Assembly: GCA_012837385.1 (NCBI GenBank)
Contig: DURH01000001.1
Span: 1,349-65,348, forward strand
Reading direction: 5' to 3'
Length of the DNA: 64,000 bases
Source: Bacillota bacterium
GTDB lineage: Bacteria > Bacillota > Limnochordia > Darwinibacteriales > Darwinibacteriaceae
Below are positions 19,774 through 29,453 of this stretch, piece by piece. How positions within the stretch are numbered: position 1 is the first letter of the stretch; each line of letters begins with the position of its first letter. Under the pieces are notes generated by a model that worked only from the letters and a program-made list of their open reading frames with translations, searched no databases and was not told the DNA's origin. Made by a program: the position numbers and the translations under genes.

Positions 19774-21505
19774 AGTTGTTCTTCTTCTCCGCGATTTCTT
19801 GCTGGATTCTGTCTAGAAAGTCTTGGACAGTTAGCGCACCCAGATCGCCCTCGCGGCGGTGGCGTATGGAAACCTGGCCGCTCTCTTGCTCCTTTTTGCC
19901 CACAATGAGCATGTAGGGAATCTGCTGCAGCTGGGCTTCCCGGATTTTTTTGCCAAGCTTTTCGTCTCGCCGGTCCACCTCTACTCGTACTCCGGCAGCA
20001 AAGAGAGTGTCAGCCACTTCCTGTGCATAGGCCAGGTAGTCATCGCCCACAGGGATCACTTGCACTTGAACTGGGGCCAGCCAAGTGGGGAATGCTCCCG
20101 CGGTGTGCTCCACGAGGATAGCGATAAACCGCTCCAGGGCACCATAGATAACCCTGTGGAGCATAACTGGCCGCTTTCTCTCGTTGTCTTCATCGATATA
20201 GGTGAGATCGAAGCGCTCTGGCATGGCAAAATCCAGCTGGATGGTGGCGCACTGCCAGGTTCGTCCCAAGTTGTCCTCTAAATGGAAGTCAATCTTGGGG
20301 CCGTAGAAGGCTCCGTCCCCTTCATTCACTACATAATCCAAGTTCTTTCTTTCCAGAGCCTGCCGCAGGGCCTCGGTGGCCTGCTCCCACATCTCATCGT
20401 CGCCGATGGCGTTTTCAGGCTTGGTGGACAGCTCCACATGGTATTTGAACCCGAAAGCCTTATACACATAGTCTACGAAGTCAATTACCCCGATGATCTC
20501 CTCTTGAATCTGGGAAGGCAGCATAAAGATGTGGGCATCATCCTGGGTAAAGGCTCGAACGCGCATGAGCCCGTGCAGGGTACCTGAGAGTTCATGCCGG
20601 TGCACCAAACCCATCTCTGCCATTCGAATGGGCAGATCTCGATAGGAGTGGAGCTTACGCTTGTACATAAGCATGGAACCAGGGCAGTTCATGGGCTTGA
20701 TGGCAAAGGTTTGCTCATCAATGGTTGAGAAGTACATATTATCCTTATAGTTGTCCCAATGGCCCGACCGGTGCCACAGATCCTCGTGGAGTATGATGGG
20801 GGTTTTAATCTCCACATACCCGCGCTTGCGGTGCTCTTCCCGCCAGTACTCCTCCAGGAGGTTGCGGAGCACCATGCCCTTGGGATGGAAGAAGGGAAAG
20901 CCCGGCCCTTCGTCTTGGATACTGAACAGATCCAGTTGCCTTCCGATCACCCGGTGGTCGCGCTTGGCCGCCTCTTCCAGCCTATGCAAATGCTCTTCCA
21001 GGTCCTTCTTCTTTAAGAAGGCAGTTCCGTAGATGCGCTGCAGCATCTGGCGCTTGGAGTCGCCCCGCCAATAAGCGCCGGCAATGCTCTGCAGCTTAAA
21101 GTGCTTTACCTGCGAAGTTCTGTCTAGATGGGGACCGCGGCACAGATCCACAAACTCGCCCTGGCGGTAAATGCTGACGCCTTCGTCAAGCCCCTCCAGC
21201 AGTTCAAGTTTATAGCCTTGGTTCTGGGCTCTAAAGAGAGCCACAGCGTCTGCGTTGCTGATTTCTTCCCGGACAATGGGCAGGTCCTCAGCGACGATCT
21301 TTTTCATTTCTGCCTCAATCTTTTCCAGGTCATCGGGGGTAAACCGATGCTCTAGATCGAAGTCGTAGTAAAAACCGTTTTTGATAACCGGTCCGATGGC
21401 AATCTTAGTTTCAGGCCACAGCCTCAATACGGCTTGGGCCATAATATGGGCAGTGGTGTGACGCAAAATCTCCTCTTGTTCTACCATGTCGATATTTTCG
21501 TTCAC
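19772..21505 (-). CDS. thrS: threonine--tRNA ligase lacking the N-terminal TGS/N1 domain
   Basis: Collinear with ThrRS from the editing (N2) domain onward: HTTAHIMAQAVLRLWPETKIAIGPVIKNGFYYDFD, class II motifs (FRAEM..., GTLHGLMRVRAFTQDDAHIF), and an anticodon-binding C-terminus. GTG start 21505 follows an AAAGGAG RBS. The T-box terminator lies directly upstream, so there is no room for an N1 domain. Confidence 0.9.
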   Translation of the reverse strand: MNENIDMVEQEEILRHTTAHIMAQAVLRLWPETKIAIGPVIKNGFYYDFDLEHRFTPDDLEKIEAEMKKIVAEDLPIVREEISNADAVALFRAQNQGYKLELLEGLDEGVSIYRQGEFVDLCRGPHLDRTSQVKHFKLQSIAGAYWRGDSKRQMLQRIYGTAFLKKKDLEEHLHRLEEAAKRDHRVIGRQLDLFSIQDEGPGFPFFHPKGMVLRNLLEEYWREEHRKRGYVEIKTPIILHEDLWHRSGHWDNYKDNMYFSTIDEQTFAIKPMNCPGSMLMYKRKLHSYRDLPIRMAEMGLVHRHELSGTLHGLMRVRAFTQDDAHIFMLPSQIQEEIIGVIDFVDYVYKAFGFKYHVELSTKPENAIGDDEMWEQATEALRQALERKNLDYVVNEGDGAFYGPKIDFHLEDNLGRTWQCATIQLDFAMPERFDLTYIDEDNERKRPVMLHRVIYGALERFIAILVEHTAGAFPTWLAPVQVQVIPVGDDYLAYAQEVADTLFAAGVRVEVDRRDEKLGKKIREAQLQQIPYMLIVGKKEQESGQVSIRHRREGDLGALTVQDFLDRIQQEIAEKKNN

Positions 21506-21514
21506 GGTTATTCT

Positions 21515-21775
21515 CCTTTCTTTCTGGGAATATAAAAAACCTCAGTCCACATGGGACGAGGTTCTCGCGGTTCCACCCAAATTGATCGTAATCCGATCCA
21601 CTCATTACGCAGGTAACGGCTGCTCCGGCACGGCCTACTGTTAGTTCAGCCGGCAACTCCTAGGTGGTTTTCACCGCAGCATCTCTGGGGGAGCTCTCAG
21701 CATCCCGCTCCCTTCTCTGTCAGGTAAGCGTCGGCTACTCTTCCTAATCATCGTCTCTATCTATTGTTTCTAAGA
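21515..21775 (-). ncRNA. T-box riboswitch leader of thrS
   Basis: Minus strand 21583-21566 reads AATTTGGGTGGAACCGCG, matching the T-box consensus AATTAGGGTGGNACCGCG. It is followed by the terminator hairpin AACCTCGTCCCA-TGTG-GACTGAGGTT plus T6 at 21515-21560. A stem I region with GGGAGC...GCTCCC and a candidate specifier GAAA-ACC-A (Thr codon ACC) lie upstream. Confidence 0.75.
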
Positions 21776-21801
21776 ATAATTGTCTTTAGCCGGTTTGTCA
21801 A
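21773..21801 (-). promoter_or_regulatory. sigma-A-type promoter for the thrS T-box leader
   Basis: On the minus strand: TTGACA (21801-21796), a 17-nt spacer, then TATTCT (21778-21773). Confidence 0.5.
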
Positions 21802-21873
21802 GGGGGCTAGGGAGGAAATCGGCGTAAACGCGAGAATATGTTACTCCATTCCATGGAGAAAGGGAGGAAAGCA

Positions 21874-22428
21874 ATGCTCATTGGAATCATCAGCGACACA
21901 CACGGAAGCGTTCAGGCCTGGCGTGATGCCCTAGACGGGCCCTTTAAGGAAGCTGATCAGATCTGGCACTGTGGGGATGTGTTCTACCATGGTGTACGCA
22001 ATCCCCTGCCTGCAGACTATGATACCCAGGAGCTTACAGAGCTGATCAACTCGTGTTCCGTCCCCATTTTGGCGGTGCGCGGTAACTGTGACAGCGATGT
22101 GGACCAGATGGTCTTGGATGTTCCCCTGCAGAGCCCGTACTTCATGGCTGAACTGCCCCTGGGCAGGGCCTTAGTTACCCACGGGCACCACTACAGCCCT
22201 GAGGTGATCGAGGCCATGGTGCAGCGTTTCCAGATCAAACTCTGGGTAAGCGGGCATACCCATGTGCCGGTTTTGGAGCGCAGCGGTGGGGCTATCTTCC
22301 TCAATCCTGGAAGTCCGGCACTGCCCAAGGGGACCGCACCCCGGCGCAGCGTGGCCCTACTCAGGGCGGATGCAGTGGAACTCTTTGATCTAGATGCAAA
22401 AGCGGCCTTCGCCAGGTTGGACCTCTAG
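21874..22428 (+). CDS. metallophosphoesterase (YfcE/MJ0936-like phosphodiesterase)
   Basis: MLIGIISDTHG, GDV..HG, and GHTH motifs of the calcineurin-like MPP fold. ATG 21874 follows GGAGAAAGGGAGG. Confidence 0.75.
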   Translation: MLIGIISDTHGSVQAWRDALDGPFKEADQIWHCGDVFYHGVRNPLPADYDTQELTELINSCSVPILAVRGNCDSDVDQMVLDVPLQSPYFMAELPLGRALVTHGHHYSPEVIEAMVQRFQIKLWVSGHTHVPVLERSGGAIFLNPGSPALPKGTAPRRSVALLRADAVELFDLDAKAAFARLDL

Positions 22429-23738
22429 AGTCCCAGCTTCTTGTTCTGCTTTTCCCAATAGCGTTTGAAGAAAGGGCTGCCTTTAATGGTGCCAGAGTTG
22501 GGCCTGCTCTGCTTCACTGTGGCAGACACCAGTTCCTGCTCCCTCTGCCAAGCCTGTTTCATAATGGTATTGGCCAGGCGCGGATCCCTGCCCCGGGTGT
22601 TCACCGCCTGGGCTAAAGCCAGAAACTCCTGTTCTAATTCGTCGGCTTGTTGGCGGTATTCCGCCAGGTTGCCTACCTTATTCTGCAGAACCAGGCGGTG
22701 GAGTTCTTCCCGCAGCATCCAGAACTCCAGCGCCTCTTCTTCTTGCTCTTCCGCAAAGATGATGTCATTTTCCGTCATCCAGTAGGGCTTGAAAATGGAG
22801 ATGCACGGGGTTGAGCTGCCGGTGAGCCAATAGGTGTCCCCTTCACTTGTGAGCTTGGCCACGTAGCTTCCTGTGGTGTGATCGCCTACCAGCCCACCAC
22901 CGTGCATACACGGGCTGCCTAAAGAGGGTTGGGAAAACGGAGTATCGTTGTCCATACCAGGCCCATGGGACCGGAGGATCTCCATCATGGTCTCCACTGT
23001 AATCTCGCCCTTATCCTGTTGCAGCCGCAGGGAGCACGCCCTTTCTCTGTCAGCTGAGCGGCTGAAATGCGTGATCAGGGGATTCGTAAAGCAGCGCGCG
23101 AAATCGAAATCCTCCCTTGACCTGCACCAGCGGCGGGAGATGGCGTAGTCAACCACTTCTGAGTGAGCCAAATCGAAGTCCCCACCGATACTAAGGCGGT
23201 TGGAGATGGCCCGGACGTCCTTTATCTGCTGGGCAACCCAAAAACGCCCGGCCGTTTCCAGCACCCAAGCCGATTCCCTGTCGGCGATTAGAAACGAGTT
23301 ATGATAGGTAAAGGGCTTCTCATAACCGCAGTTGCCCCCTTGGCCGTGTTTCTCTAACAGATCCGTGATCAGATGCACCGCCTCTAAACTGGTTCGGCAC
23401 CTCTCCAGAGCCAGACGGAGCAGATCCATCCCCAGCAGGCTGGGTGGACCCTGCTTGATTTTGGTAAACACCGCTTCATTTCCGATATTGAGGCCGAACT
23501 CATTGGCCCCCATTTCCGCGCCCCACATCCAGGATGGTTTAAGGAGGAGCACCTCATAGGTTTCTTCCACCTGGTCAATGGTGATATAGGTACACTTTAC
23601 TTTAGCTCCCTGCGGATGCCTCTTCCTGGGGACGCGGACCATTAAGTGGGGCTCATTGGGCTGCCGGTCACTGTTTTTGGCAAAAATCACGCTGCCGTCC
23701 TTTGTGGCACTACCCAGGGCCACCATTGTATCGCACAC
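22425..23738 (-). CDS. C69-family (Ntn-hydrolase) dipeptidase
   Basis: N-terminus M-CDTMVALGSATKDGSVIFAKNSDRQPNEP resembles the C69 PepD-type start with a nucleophilic Cys right after Met. I chose the GTG start at 23738, 9 nt after GAGGAG, so Cys becomes residue 2. The listed TTG start adds IAV. Confidence 0.7.
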   Translation of the reverse strand: MCDTMVALGSATKDGSVIFAKNSDRQPNEPHLMVRVPRKRHPQGAKVKCTYITIDQVEETYEVLLLKPSWMWGAEMGANEFGLNIGNEAVFTKIKQGPPSLLGMDLLRLALERCRTSLEAVHLITDLLEKHGQGGNCGYEKPFTYHNSFLIADRESAWVLETAGRFWVAQQIKDVRAISNRLSIGGDFDLAHSEVVDYAISRRWCRSREDFDFARCFTNPLITHFSRSADRERACSLRLQQDKGEITVETMMEILRSHGPGMDNDTPFSQPSLGSPCMHGGGLVGDHTTGSYVAKLTSEGDTYWLTGSSTPCISIFKPYWMTENDIIFAEEQEEEALEFWMLREELHRLVLQNKVGNLAEYRQQADELEQEFLALAQAVNTRGRDPRLANTIMKQAWQREQELVSATVKQSRPNSGTIKGSPFFKRYWEKQNKKLGL

Positions 23739-24032
23739 TGCTATCAACTCCTCATATCACTTTCCACCAATACTTCTCTTTGGCGGTGTCGGTTCCTGTC
23801 GTTTTCCGGCGATAAGCGGGTGTTTTAAGACTTTTAAACCGATAAACGAAGTAAGGGCTAGAAAACCGACAATAATGGGCGAAAGCAGGCTATAACTAGG
23901 CACGCCCTGTCAAGAAGGGTTTTGATCCCCACTTCTCGAAAAGATATAGTGATATACGTGACAAAGGGCTTGTACCCTTTTTTTGTCAGTTAGCATTGAA
24001 CGCGGCAGCGGTTCTATGGAGGATGAAGCAGC

Positions 24033-25706
24033 ATGTATTGGAGTCTGGCCCTTATATTTATCCCCATCTTAGGTGCGGTGGCAGCGGCTCGGATTAACGA
24101 AAGACGAACTGAATCTCTCTTTTCCATTTCGGTAGCAGCACTGACATTCATAGGCAGCGTAGTCAATATGACTATGGTCCGGTCTGGGGGTGTCTACACT
24201 TGGGGCATAGGCTCTCTGCTGAGGCTGGATTCTCTGTCAGCACTGTTCAGCCTATTCTGTGCCTTTGTCTGGCTGGCGGCAGGAATCTATATGCACAGTT
24301 ACATGGCCCATGAAAAGAAGATCACTCCCTTTTATACCTATTACCTGGTCACCTTAGGTGCCACCCAAGGCATTTTCTTGGCTGGAAACTTCATCGTTTT
24401 GTTGGTTTTCTTTGAGCTGATGTCCTTAACTTCAGGTTCCTGGGTAACCTATTATGAAAACCAAGAGGCGGAGCAGGCAGGGTCTTTGTACCACCATCTT
24501 GGTGTGGCCGCTGGCATCTTTATGGGTGCGGCCATTATTCTTTTGTACTTCTCAGGGGTTACCCTCCGGGTGGGTTCGCCCGCGGTTAACGTTGAACATG
24601 GAACCGTCTTTACCTGGGCAATCCTGTTACTGATGACTGCCTTCGGCATTAAGGCGGGTATGTTTCCCCTGCATATCTGGCTGCCCAAGGCCCATCCCGT
24701 GGCCCCAACTCCTGCCAGCGCGCTGTTGTCCGGCATTCTAATCAAAACCGGTGCCTATGGCTTGGTTCGCACGGGCCAATTAGTGAATTGGGGGCAGACA
24801 GATCTCATTCCCTGGGCTGGGACACTACTTGTTATCATTGGAATTATCACCATGCTCTTAGGCGTCTGCCTAGCTCTGCTGCAGAGCAACGCCAAGAGGC
24901 TCCTGGCCTATCACAGCGTCAGCCAAATGGGCTACATTATTCTAGGCATCGGCGCTGCTCTCTTCCTAAAAGAGCAAGGTACCTTTGGAGTGGCAGGGGC
25001 AGTATTCCATTCCCTGAACCATGCTTTGTTTAAATCCGCCCTGTTCTTTGGTGCGGGCATCGTTATCCTGGGAACCGGTGAAGCAGATCTGTACAAGTTA
25101 GGTGGGCTGTGGAAAGCCTTCCCCTTGACCTTTGTGATGATGTTCATCGCTGCCTTGGGGATTACAGGCACCCCTGGCCTCAATGGTTATATCAGCAAAA
25201 CCCTGCTGCACCACGGCATTCTGGAAGCAGCAGCCACCGGCAGCTCTGTTATGGTGTGGGCGGAGCGCCTCTTTGTGTTGGTGGGAGTGGGTACCACCGC
25301 TTCCTTTGTCAAGCTCATCGGCTTAACTTTCTTTGGTAAGCAGAAGACTGCTGTGCATTTCAGCCGGCGTGAGAATAAGGCTTTGGCTGTGGCCATGCTC
25401 ATGCTTTCCTTGGCTATGCTGGTGATCGGTACTAAGCCGGAGTGGGCTTTAGGGCTTTTGGTGGGGCCTGCCACCCAGAGCTGCGGCGCAGTAGACCTCG
25501 GGGTACTGGCCCATGTGGATTTCTTTGAGTGGCCTGCGGTACGGGGTATGATCTTTACACTTTTGGCAGGATTCATCCTGTTTGCTGTGGGCATGAAAAC
25601 GCATTTGTTCCACCTGCAGCTTCCGGCTTGGCTCAGTATTGAAGGGGCTGCCAGGGCTGTAGCCGGCAAAGTGCGCAGCACCTTTGGGGAGGGTGGAAAG
25701 CAGTAG
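24033..25706 (+). CDS. NuoL/MrpD/NdhF-family proton-pumping antiporter-module membrane protein (orphan)
   Basis: About 14 TM helices with conserved complex I subunit 5/MrpD blocks: FFELMSLTS, WLPKAHPVAPTPASALLSGILIKTGAYGL, LAYHSVSQMGYIILGIG, GLNGYISKT. No other nuo/mrp genes or a DabA (DUF2309) gene are in the window. Confidence 0.85.
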   Translation: MYWSLALIFIPILGAVAAARINERRTESLFSISVAALTFIGSVVNMTMVRSGGVYTWGIGSLLRLDSLSALFSLFCAFVWLAAGIYMHSYMAHEKKITPFYTYYLVTLGATQGIFLAGNFIVLLVFFELMSLTSGSWVTYYENQEAEQAGSLYHHLGVAAGIFMGAAIILLYFSGVTLRVGSPAVNVEHGTVFTWAILLLMTAFGIKAGMFPLHIWLPKAHPVAPTPASALLSGILIKTGAYGLVRTGQLVNWGQTDLIPWAGTLLVIIGIITMLLGVCLALLQSNAKRLLAYHSVSQMGYIILGIGAALFLKEQGTFGVAGAVFHSLNHALFKSALFFGAGIVILGTGEADLYKLGGLWKAFPLTFVMMFIAALGITGTPGLNGYISKTLLHHGILEAAATGSSVMVWAERLFVLVGVGTTASFVKLIGLTFFGKQKTAVHFSRRENKALAVAMLMLSLAMLVIGTKPEWALGLLVGPATQSCGAVDLGVLAHVDFFEWPAVRGMIFTLLAGFILFAVGMKTHLFHLQLPAWLSIEGAARAVAGKVRSTFGEGGKQ

Positions 25707-25747
25707 GGACGGGAAAGTTTGTCTGTCCAGAGATGAACGGCGGTGGT

Positions 25748-25777
25748 GGGCTGGGTCTAGGACCTGGCCCTTTTCTG
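25748..25777 (+). terminator. rho-independent terminator after the NuoL-like gene
   Basis: GGGCTGGGTC-TAG-GACCTGGCCC (10-bp stem including 2 G-U pairs) followed by TTTTCTG. Confidence 0.55.
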
Positions 25778-25851
25778 CATAGAAGCACGGACAGCCCGTC
25801 CAGAGCAGTTCTCGAAGCAATGTATTGATAAGCCGCGCGTTACTGGGAAAG

Positions 25852-25880
25852 ACAGGAAAGATTGAATGAAAAAACCATGT
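25852..25880 (+). promoter_or_regulatory. sigma-A-type promoter for the MacB-type ABC operon
   Basis: TTGAAT (25852-25857), a 17-nt spacer, then TATACT (25875-25880). AAGGAGAGG RBS and the ATG at 25922 follow. Confidence 0.55.
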
Positions 25881-25921
25881 AGGGTATACTTATACTACCA
25901 GGCTGTCAAGGAGAGGATCAC

Positions 25922-26635
25922 ATGGCCATTGTGGAACTAGAGAACGTTCGAAAGGTCTACACCTTGGGCAAGACAGAAGTGCACGCGTTGAGAGGTGTGT
26001 CTTTTTCCATCGAAAAGGGGGATTTCGCTTCCATTGTGGGCCCCTCAGGCTCGGGAAAGTCAACCATCCTCAATCTCATTGGCTGCATCGACCAGCCCAC
26101 TGCGGGAACGGTAAGCATCAACGGGACTATTACAGAAGGCCTCAAAGATCGGGCACTCACCGATCTGCGCCACAAGACAGTTGGATTCATCTTTCAATCC
26201 TTCAACCTTATTCCTGTCTTGAATGTGTATGAAAACATCGAGTTCCCCCTGCTCCTAGGTAAGAACCGGGTGAACAAAAAGGAAATGCGGGAATGGATCG
26301 AGTTTTTGATCGAAGCAGTGGGCCTAGCTGATCACATGCGCCACAAATCCAATGAACTTTCCGGCGGCCAGAGGCAGCGAGTGGCTATTGCTCGGGCTCT
26401 GGTTACCAAGCCGGAAATTGTTTTGGCTGACGAGCCCACGGCTAACTTGGACTCTAAGACGGGCCAGAGCATTATCGAACTGATGAAAAAGATGAATGCC
26501 GAGCTGAATACTACTTTCATCTTTTCCACCCATGACACCACCATAATGAGTATCGCTGATCACGTCATCCGGCTTTTGGATGGCCTGGTGGTGGAAGACA
26601 CCAAGGCAGCGGCAGCGGCGGGGGGTCTGTCATGA
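25922..26635 (+). CDS. ABC transporter ATP-binding protein (MacB/LolD/FtsE-like)
   Basis: Walker [13 protein letters not shown] signature [15 protein letters not shown], Walker B ILADEPT, H-loop STHD. Confidence 0.9.
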   Translation: MAIVELENVRKVYTLGKTEVHALRGVSFSIEKGDFASIVGPSGSGKSTILNLIGCIDQPTAGTVSINGTITEGLKDRALTDLRHKTVGFIFQSFNLIPVLNVYENIEFPLLLGKNRVNKKEMREWIEFLIEAVGLADHMRHKSNELSGGQRQRVAIARALVTKPEIVLADEPTANLDSKTGQSIIELMKKMNAELNTTFIFSTHDTTIMSIADHVIRLLDGLVVEDTKAAAAAGGLS

Positions 26636-28113
26636 GAATCCTGCTCACCATTGCCTGGCGCAATGTGCGCCAGCATAAAGTAAAGACGACCATCATCGGG
26701 CTGATTATGGTGATTGGCATCATGGTGCTGGTGGTGGGCAACTCCTTTATGGATACCGCCGCTTCCGGCATTGAAAGGTATTACATCAAGAACTACACCG
26801 GCCATCTGATGATTACCGGCCAGAGCAAGGGCCATCTCACCCTCTTCGGCTTCCAGGATTTGACCGCCATGGAGCAGACGGTGCCTAGGATACCGGACTA
26901 TGCTGAGATTGTGGAGTTTGCTAGTTCCCTTCCCTATGTGGAAACCATTAATCCTCAGGTGTCGGCAACTGCCATTGTCTCCAGGGGCGAGAAAACACTT
27001 GGTGCAACCCAGCTCTTCGGTGTTGTTCCTGGGCAGTACCAGGAGATGTTTCCAGACAATGTGGAGATTCTCGAGGGGGGCTATTGGCAGCCGGGAGAGC
27101 AGGGCATACTGCTCAATAAGACGGTGGCAGAGCTGTTGGAGAAACAGGTGGGCTTTACCTTTAGGCCCGGCGATAAGCTTCTGTTCACTTCGGTGAGCAC
27201 CCATACGGGGATGAGGATCCGGGAAGTGGAGATCACCGGAATTTTCCGCTTCAAGCAATCCAATATCCAGCTGGACATGGTTTCCCTGATGGACGTATCC
27301 AATGCCAGGGCCCTGGCTGGTATGGTAGTGGGGCACACTGATCCTGCGGAGTTAACCAGCGAGGAGCAGCGCTTTCTAGGAGCAATTGATGAAGACAGCA
27401 TTTTCGACTCCTTTGATTCCTTGTTTACCGATGTGGATGTGGAAGAACCTGCTGCCGATGATGACTTCTGGTTCTCCATCCTTGGCGAGACAGAGACTAG
27501 GGATCTTTCCAATGAGGAAGATACGGGAGCATGGCAGTACCTCTTGGTGCGCCTCACCGATGAGAAGTACCTCAGGCAGGCAGAGGCTGACTTCGCCCAG
27601 TTCTTTGCTGAGAGGGGCATTGCTGCCCAGACCAGGAACTGGCGGGAGGGTGCAGGCGCCCTGGCAGAACTCTCTTACGGGATCAAGAGTGTGTTCAATA
27701 CGGTGGTGTTCATTATCGCTGTGGTGGCGGTGATCATTATCATGAACACCCTGGTTATCTCCGTGACGGAACGCATGAGCGAGATCGGCACCATGCGGGC
27801 CATTGGGGCACAGAAGAGTTTTGTCCGCCGCATGATTGTCCTGGAGACGATGCTGCTTTCGGGGATTTCAGGCACAGTGGGAGTGGCAGCCGGCGGGCTG
27901 ATCCTCTTGATCCTGAATAGGATAGGACTGAAAGCCAGCAACGTGTTCTTTGAGATTATCTACGGAGGACCTGAGCTCAGGCCTATGCTGTCTTTGTCTT
28001 CGGTGATTCTGTCTTTTGTAGTGATTCTGGCGGTGGGTGCAGTTTCCAGTGCCTATCCCACAGCCATTGTGATGAAGACTTCGCCGCTTAGGGCTATGGA
28101 AAGTTCGAGGTGA
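26632..28113 (+). CDS. ABC transporter permease, FtsX/MacB fold (TM1, large extracytoplasmic domain, 3 C-terminal TMs)
   Basis: N-terminal TM (TIIGLIMVIGIMVLVVG), an extracytoplasmic domain of about 300 aa, and a C-terminal FtsX domain (ISVTERMSEIGTMRAIGAQKSFV). Confidence 0.85.
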   Translation: MRILLTIAWRNVRQHKVKTTIIGLIMVIGIMVLVVGNSFMDTAASGIERYYIKNYTGHLMITGQSKGHLTLFGFQDLTAMEQTVPRIPDYAEIVEFASSLPYVETINPQVSATAIVSRGEKTLGATQLFGVVPGQYQEMFPDNVEILEGGYWQPGEQGILLNKTVAELLEKQVGFTFRPGDKLLFTSVSTHTGMRIREVEITGIFRFKQSNIQLDMVSLMDVSNARALAGMVVGHTDPAELTSEEQRFLGAIDEDSIFDSFDSLFTDVDVEEPAADDDFWFSILGETETRDLSNEEDTGAWQYLLVRLTDEKYLRQAEADFAQFFAERGIAAQTRNWREGAGALAELSYGIKSVFNTVVFIIAVVAVIIIMNTLVISVTERMSEIGTMRAIGAQKSFVRRMIVLETMLLSGISGTVGVAAGGLILLILNRIGLKASNVFFEIIYGGPELRPMLSLSSVILSFVVILAVGAVSSAYPTAIVMKTSPLRAMESSR

Positions 28114-28117
28114 TCAG

Positions 28118-29443
28118 ATGTTCACACTGAAGGTGGCCTTTCGCAATATCTCCCGGCAGAAGAAGCGCAGCTTTCTTTTGGCCGGTGCCATCGCCTTCGG
28201 CATGCTGGTCATTACCATCATCAATGCCCTAACAGGGGGGCTGGTGGCGAATATCAGGGAGAATTTTTCCCATGCCCTGGGAGGCCATGTGTTTATTACA
28301 GGGCGGGAGTTTAACGAACGAGGTCAGATTATCTCGAAAATCCGCCCAGATGTCCGGATGGATCAGCTTTTGGAGGACAATGCAGGCCGTATCCAGGCCT
28401 TTACCAAGCGGAGCCAAGCCCTGCCTTCGCTGATCTTTGGCTCCAAACAGACCATGCAGCTGGTCTATGGAGTGGACTTCCACGAAGAAGACAAGCTCCT
28501 GGGCAGCCTGGCTGTACTCAAAGGTTCCTTGGCTGAGGTGCTCACCGATGAGCATGCGGTGATTCTGCCCCAACCTGCAGCCAACCGCTTAGGGGTTGAT
28601 GTGGGAGAGACCATCTTAGTCAAACTGGAAACCCTCACCGGGCAGCAAAACGTAGGTGAGCTCCGAGTGGTAGCCTTTGTGGAAGACCAAGAGCAGTTTG
28701 GGCTTTCCGCAGCCTATGTCAGCAGGTCCTATTTGAACACCCTCATCGGTTTGGGGCCAGAGGAGTACCAGATGCTCAACATGTTCGTCACAGACCTAGC
28801 CTTCGTGGAGGACTTTACTCGGGCCTTCAGGGAGGGCCTCCTCACTCCCGAGGAACAGCAGGAAGAAGAGGAACCCACTGTCTCAGTTACAGTGGGCGGC
28901 GTACCCATTGATCCCACACCCCGCCAGGAAACTATCACCCGCTGGGAAGGGACGCGCTACCGCGTGATGAACATCAACCAGATTATGGAGCCAGTGGAGC
29001 TCATGGTGGGAGTTCTGAATCGGGTGGGCTTGGTCATCTTTATCATTCTCCTTCTGGTGACCATGGTGGGTATCACTAATACCTTCCGCATGATCCTGTT
29101 GGAACGCACCAGAGAAATCGGCACCATGCGAGCCTTTGGCATGCATCAAAAGCAGGTGCAGCACATCTTCTTGTGGGAAGCAGTGCTCCTGGGGCTCACC
29201 GGCTGTGTGGCAGGTTTGGCACTGTCGGGACTGCTGATCGCGGTAGTGGGCCGCTGGCCGTTAAATGTTGACCCTTCACTGCACTTTTTCTTAAACCACG
29301 GCCGCATCACTTTCAGCCTCTCTGCTGGCAGTATCGTGCTGAACACTGCCCTGGTTGTACTCACCAGCCTGGTGGCCGCTTACTGGCCATCCCGGGCTGC
29401 GGCCAAGCTTTCGCCCATCAAGGCGCTCAGTTCTCATACATAG
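28118..29443 (+). CDS. ABC transporter permease, FtsX/MacB fold (second copy)
   Basis: Same architecture as the first permease; FtsX motif LLERTREIGTMRAFGMHQKQV. Confidence 0.85.
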   Translation: MFTLKVAFRNISRQKKRSFLLAGAIAFGMLVITIINALTGGLVANIRENFSHALGGHVFITGREFNERGQIISKIRPDVRMDQLLEDNAGRIQAFTKRSQALPSLIFGSKQTMQLVYGVDFHEEDKLLGSLAVLKGSLAEVLTDEHAVILPQPAANRLGVDVGETILVKLETLTGQQNVGELRVVAFVEDQEQFGLSAAYVSRSYLNTLIGLGPEEYQMLNMFVTDLAFVEDFTRAFREGLLTPEEQQEEEEPTVSVTVGGVPIDPTPRQETITRWEGTRYRVMNINQIMEPVELMVGVLNRVGLVIFIILLLVTMVGITNTFRMILLERTREIGTMRAFGMHQKQVQHIFLWEAVLLGLTGCVAGLALSGLLIAVVGRWPLNVDPSLHFFLNHGRITFSLSAGSIVLNTALVVLTSLVAAYWPSRAAAKLSPIKALSSHT

Positions 29444-29453
29444 GGAGGTTGCC

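Noticed and set aside
23646-23895. Two overlapping small plus-strand ORFs (60 and 79 aa) in the gap upstream of the NuoL-like gene
   Set aside because: They overlap the 5' end of the C69 dipeptidase gene on the opposite strand and each other in different frames. They have no RBS and a low-complexity composition.
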